The translations under genes and the position numbers were made by a program. A DNA stretch of 64,000 nucleotides from Candidatus Marinacidobacterium sp. (lineage in GTDB: Bacteria; Acidobacteriota; Vicinamibacteria; Marinacidobacterales; Marinacidobacteraceae), in assembly GCA_965204755.1 (NCBI GenBank), contig OZ242011.1, positions 480,001 through 544,000 of the forward strand. Reading direction: 5' to 3'. Shown one piece after another: positions 59,765-64,000 of this stretch (positions within the stretch are counted from its first letter, which is position 1; every line of letters begins with the position of its first letter). The notes beneath the pieces were generated by a model. The model made no database searches. It was not told the origin of the DNA and saw only the letters and a program-made list of their open reading frames with translations.

Positions 59765-61429
59765 CTACATCCCCCAAACGAGGATGGGGAGACTCTCCGG
59801 CGAGCCGCCGGCGGGGGCGTCGGCGCCGTCTCCGGGCGCGGCTTCCGCGGCCTCCGCTGCTTCCCAGCCGAGTTCCGAGCCCGGGGCGGATACCCGCCGC
59901 GCGGCGAGTGAGCGCCGGAAGATCTTCTCCTCCCAGGTCTTCCCCTCGTCCTGGTCCATCACCACCAGGTGCCCCTCCTCCGCGCCGCACCGATCCAGGT
60001 ACGCCGCCGTCTGCGCCACCCCCTCCCGGACTACCGTTTGGAGGCCGTCCCGTTCCCGCCGAACCTTGCATTCCACGACGAAGCGCTGCGTCCCGCCGTC
60101 GTCCCGCCGCCATTCGATCAACAAGTCGGTGCGCCCCCGCCCGAGCCCGTACTCCCGGACGATCCGCCCCCCGGCGTTCACCACCCGCTGCAGGAACGCC
60201 TGCAGCAACACCTGCACCGCCGCCTCCCGAACGGTGAAACCCTGCGACCACGCCTCCGAGTGCTCCCGGAAGAACTGCTGGAACGCCGTGAGCAGGTGCG
60301 CGACATCCAGACTCCCGTCCGCCCGCCGGAAACTCGCGGTATCGCCCCTCATTTTCATTTCCGCCCGCGCGGACAGGAAGCGGGGAATCACCTCCCGATA
60401 GATCGGATTCGCGATCTCCAGCGGATCGTCCGCCTTGGTCAACCCCAAGTCCGCCACATAGGAGAGGTCGTCGTCTTCCTCGTCCTCAAGGAACTCCACG
60501 CGGCCGGCGAGGATCGGCTCGATCACCCGCCGAACCCGCTCTTCGTTCAACTTGTCCCCGATCTGCCGGAAGTGGGTCGGGCGCGCCAAGATCAGCCGAT
60601 CCCGCGCCGCCTCCACCGCCTCGGGGCCGATCTCCCGGGTTCGGTCGCGGCCGGCCTCGTCCTCGAAACAGGTCTCGTCGCCCAACGCGTTCACCAGCCA
60701 AGGTTGGCCGGCGGTCGCGTTCCAGATCTCCTCCACCGCTTCCGGAGCGAAACGCTGACCCGTCTCCTCGGTGTGTTGACCCAGCAGTTCCTCCACTTCC
60801 GCCCGCGAGAAGTCTCCCAGTCGCAGGGAGTGCTTCACGATGTTGAACGGGCTCCCCGTCTCGAGCGGGTAGTCCTGCACATCGCGGAGTCCGCAGAACA
60901 CGATGCTCCGCGGGAAGCGCTCCGGGCGGTCCCGGTAACCCGAACGCAGTTGGGTCAACAACGCAAGGAGAATCCGTTCCCTCAGTCCGTCCGCCTCGTC
61001 CAGCAGGAGCACCAGGCGCTCGTCGCCGGACTTCTCCGACCAGAACATCAGGGCCTCCCGCAGGCCGCCGGCAGGGCCGATGTCGGCCAAGGCTCGCGGC
61101 CAGATCTCCCGCAGGGATTCGTCGCCGAGCGCCGTCGCGGCGCCGGTGGCGATCGCGCCCAGAATGCCGCGAACGGCGACATCCAGGTCGTCGCCGGCCG
61201 CCCTCGCATCTTCGCAATTCGCATAGACGCACCGCCAGCCGCGGCCGTTCAGGTGCTCCTGGAGCGCGCCCAGCACCGAGGTCTTCCCCGTCTGGCGGGG
61301 GGCATGGAGGACGAAGTAAGCCCGCTTTTCCACCAGCCGGACGATCCGCGCCAAGTCCAACCGGCTCAGCGGCGGGATCGTGTAGTGGACTTCCGGATCC
61401 ACCGGCCCGGCCACATTGAAGTCGCGCAC
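59765..61429 (-). CDS. AAA-like ATPase with C-terminal PD-(D/E)XK nuclease domain, copy 1
   Basis: FNVAGP, Walker A HAPRQTGKTS, Walker B LLLDEAD, SPFNI, GQPWLVN, IANPIYRE and nuclease motif REYGLGRGRTDLLI...VECK. Confidence 0.88.
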   Translation of the reverse strand: MRDFNVAGPVDPEVHYTIPPLSRLDLARIVRLVEKRAYFVLHAPRQTGKTSVLGALQEHLNGRGWRCVYANCEDARAAGDDLDVAVRGILGAIATGAATALGDESLREIWPRALADIGPAGGLREALMFWSEKSGDERLVLLLDEADGLRERILLALLTQLRSGYRDRPERFPRSIVFCGLRDVQDYPLETGSPFNIVKHSLRLGDFSRAEVEELLGQHTEETGQRFAPEAVEEIWNATAGQPWLVNALGDETCFEDEAGRDRTREIGPEAVEAARDRLILARPTHFRQIGDKLNEERVRRVIEPILAGRVEFLEDEEDDDLSYVADLGLTKADDPLEIANPIYREVIPRFLSARAEMKMRGDTASFRRADGSLDVAHLLTAFQQFFREHSEAWSQGFTVREAAVQVLLQAFLQRVVNAGGRIVREYGLGRGRTDLLIEWRRDDGGTQRFVVECKVRRERDGLQTVVREGVAQTAAYLDRCGAEEGHLVVMDQDEGKTWEEKIFRRSLAARRVSAPGSELGWEAAEAAEAAPGDGADAPAGGSPESLPILVWGM

Positions 61430-61496
61430 GGATTCAGTATGGCAGAACCGGGGGACTGCGCGCGAGGAGGCCGGGCGGCGAGAGCGCCCGGAAGGC

Positions 61497-63146
61497 CTAC
61501 ATCCCCCAGACGAGGATCGGGCGGGTCTCGGGAGCGGAGGCGTCGGGGCGGGGTTCGTCTTCGGGCGCGGCTTCCGCTGCTTCCCAGCCGAGTTCCGAGT
61601 CCGGGGCGGATACCCGCCGCGCGGCGAGCGCCCGCCGGAAGATCTTCTCCTCCCAAGTCTTGCCGTCGTCCTGGTCCATCACCACCAGGTGCCCCTCCTC
61701 CGCGCCGCAGCGATCCAGGTACGCCGCCGTCTGCGCCACCCCCTCCCGGATCACCGTCTCCAAACCGTCCCGCTCCCGGCGAACCTTGCATTCCACCACG
61801 AAGCGCTGCGTCCCGCCGTCGTCCCGCCGCCACTCGATCAACAGGTCGGTGCGGCCCCGCCCCAGCCCGTACTCCCGCACGATCCGCCCCCCGGCGTTCA
61901 CCACCCGCTGCAGGAACGCCTGCAGCAACACCTGCACCGCCGCCTCCCGAACGGTGAACCCCTGCGACCACGCCTCCGAGTGCTCCCGGAAGAACTGCTG
62001 GAACGCGGTCAGCAGTTGCGCGACATCCAGACTCCCGTCCGCCCGCCGGAAACTCCTCGCGGCGTCGCGCTTCACTTCCGTCTCGGCGGGGACGGACAGG
62101 AGGCGCGGTATCACTTCCCGATAGATCGGGTTCGCGATCTCGGCTTCCCCGTCCGCCTTGGTCAACCCCAGGTCCCTCACATAGGCGAGGTCTTTCCTCT
62201 TGAGATCGAGCCATCCGCGACCGGCCAGGACCCGCTCGATCACCTGCCGAACCCGCTTCTCGTCCAACTTGTCCCCGATCTGCCGGAAGTGGGTCGGGTG
62301 CGCCAGGATCAGCCGCTCCCGCGCCGCCTCCACCGCCTCCGAGGCGATTTCCCGGGTCCGGTCGAGGCCGGCCTCGTCCCGGAAACAGACCTCGTTCGCC
62401 AAGGCGTTGACCAACCACGGCTGCCCCGCCGTCGACTCCCAGATCCCTTCGATCGCGGCGGCGGCGAAACCCTGCCCGGTCTCCTCGGTGTGCTGGCCCA
62501 GCAGTTCCTCCACCTCCGTCCGCGAGAAGTCTCCGAGACGCAACGACTCCTCCACGATGTTGAACGGGCTCCCCGACTCCAGCGGATAGTCCTGCACATC
62601 GCGGAGTCCGCAGAACACGATGCTCCGGGGGAAGCGCCGCGGACGGCCCCGGAAGCCCGAGCGCAGTTGACTCAGCAACGCGACGAGAATCCGTTCCTCC
62701 AGTCCGTCCGCCTCGTCCAAAAGCAGCACCAGGCGCTCGTCTCCCGCTTTTTCCGACCAGCGCCGGAGCGACTCCCTGAATCCGCCCAAGGCGCCGACCT
62801 CGCTCAGCAGCGGCGGCCAGATCTCGCTCAGGGACTCATCTCCCAGCACCGTCGCCGCGTCGGAGGCGATCGCCAGCAGCACCGCCCGGACCGCCGCGTC
62901 CAAATCGTCGCCGGCCGCCCTCGCATCTTCGCAACTCGCATAGACGCAGCGCCAGCCGCGACCGTTCAGGTGCTCCTGCAGCGCGCCCAGCACCGAAGTC
63001 TTCCCGGTCTGGCGGGGGGCATGGAAGACGAAGTAGGCCCGCTTTTCCACCAACCGGGCGATCCGGGCCAAGTCCAGCCGGCTCAGCGGCGGGATCGTGT
63101 AGTGGACTTCCGGGTCCACCGGCCCGATCACATTGAAGTCGCGCAC
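61497..63146 (-). CDS. AAA-like ATPase / PD-(D/E)XK nuclease, copy 2
   Basis: Paralogue with the same motifs. GTG start at 63146 follows the same TGCCATACTGAA element. Confidence 0.88.
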   Translation of the reverse strand: MRDFNVIGPVDPEVHYTIPPLSRLDLARIARLVEKRAYFVFHAPRQTGKTSVLGALQEHLNGRGWRCVYASCEDARAAGDDLDAAVRAVLLAIASDAATVLGDESLSEIWPPLLSEVGALGGFRESLRRWSEKAGDERLVLLLDEADGLEERILVALLSQLRSGFRGRPRRFPRSIVFCGLRDVQDYPLESGSPFNIVEESLRLGDFSRTEVEELLGQHTEETGQGFAAAAIEGIWESTAGQPWLVNALANEVCFRDEAGLDRTREIASEAVEAARERLILAHPTHFRQIGDKLDEKRVRQVIERVLAGRGWLDLKRKDLAYVRDLGLTKADGEAEIANPIYREVIPRLLSVPAETEVKRDAARSFRRADGSLDVAQLLTAFQQFFREHSEAWSQGFTVREAAVQVLLQAFLQRVVNAGGRIVREYGLGRGRTDLLIEWRRDDGGTQRFVVECKVRRERDGLETVIREGVAQTAAYLDRCGAEEGHLVVMDQDDGKTWEEKIFRRALAARRVSAPDSELGWEAAEAAPEDEPRPDASAPETRPILVWGM

Positions 63147-63217
63147 GAGTTCAGTATGGCAGAACCGGGGGGCGGCCCGCGCTCGATGACGCCGGGCGGC
63201 GAGAGCGCCCGGAGGAC

Positions 63218-64000
63218 CTACATCCCCCAGACGAGGATCGGGCGGGTCTCGGGAGCGGAGGCGTCGGGTCGGGGTTCGTCGTCGGGCGCGGCTTCCGCTG
63301 CTTCCCAACCGAGTTCCGAGTCGAGTTCCGAGTCCGGGGCGGACACCCGCCGCGCGGCGAGTGAGCGCCGGAAGATCTTCTCCTCCCAAGTCTTGCCGTC
63401 GTCCTGGTCCATCACCACCAGGTGTCCCTCCTCCGCGCCGCAGCGATCCAGGTACGCCGCCGTCTGCGCCACCCCCTCCCGGACTACCGTTTCGAGGCCG
63501 TCCCGCTCCCGCCGAACCTTGCACTCCACGACGAAGCGCTGCGTCCCGCCGTCGTCCCGCCGCCACTCGATCAACAGGTCGGTCCGCCCCCGCCCGAGCC
63601 CGTACTCCCGGACGATCCGCCCCCCGGCGTTCACCACCCGCTGCAGGAACGCCTGCAGCAACACCTGCACGGCCGCCTCCCGCACGGTGAACCCCTGCGA
63701 CCACCACTCCGAGTGCTCCCGGTAGAACTGCTGGAAGGCGGTCAACAGTTGCGCGACATCGAGACTCCCGTCGTCCCGCCGGAAACTCGGGCCCCCGCCG
63801 TCGAACCGATCGTCCCCCGGAGCGGACAGCAGGCGCGGAATCACCTCCCGATAGATCGGGTTCGCGATCTTCAACGGCCCGGTCGCCTCGACCAGCCCCA
63901 AGTCCCTCACATAGGAGGAATCGTCTCCGTCTTGCGGAAGGTACTCCCCGCGGCCGGCGAGGATCGGCTCGATCACCCGCCGCACCCGCTCTTCCTTCAA
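63218..64000 (-). CDS. AAA-like ATPase / PD-(D/E)XK nuclease, copy 3 (5' part lies beyond the window)
   Basis: The C-terminal ~260 aa are homologous to copies 1 and 2 and end ILVWGM. Confidence 0.85.
   Translation of the reverse strand: MKEERVRRVIEPILAGRGEYLPQDGDDSSYVRDLGLVEATGPLKIANPIYREVIPRLLSAPGDDRFDGGGPSFRRDDGSLDVAQLLTAFQQFYREHSEWWSQGFTVREAAVQVLLQAFLQRVVNAGGRIVREYGLGRGRTDLLIEWRRDDGGTQRFVVECKVRRERDGLETVVREGVAQTAAYLDRCGAEEGHLVVMDQDDGKTWEEKIFRRSLAARRVSAPDSELDSELGWEAAEAAPDDEPRPDASAPETRPILVWGM

Overview
Very GC-rich bacterial DNA (roughly 70-75% by eye). SecG, the BNR/VPS10 proteins and the expanded ATPase and DUF1640-like families suggest an Acidobacteriota-like, possibly sponge-associated genome (inference only). 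From left to right: a cobalamin riboswitch for a gene running off the left edge; pgk-tpiA-secG; a VapBC-type toxin-antitoxin pair; tRNA-Leu(GAG); a divergent SAM-methyltransferase / HDAC-family pair; two convergent ~1060-1090 aa BNR/VPS10 proteins enclosing a ~6 kb defence island (AAA_21 ATPase, SmaI-like m4C restriction-modification pair, Fic protein, HsdR_N-nuclease fused to two SeqA-like domains); ribE-ribBA-efp-epmA with a divergent ribD; an array of three DUF1640-like genes, two ATPase paralogues and one ATPase remnant; a 31.8 kb gene for a >10,600 aa autotransporter-like adhesin with about 75-80 Ig-like repeats; and at least three tandem AAA+PD-(D/E)XK genes. The most striking signals are (i) two long poly-C tracts inside a duplicated 5' cassette of the giant gene, which would act as a double frameshift (AND-type) phase switch, and (ii) near-total avoidance of ACGT and AGCT across the window.
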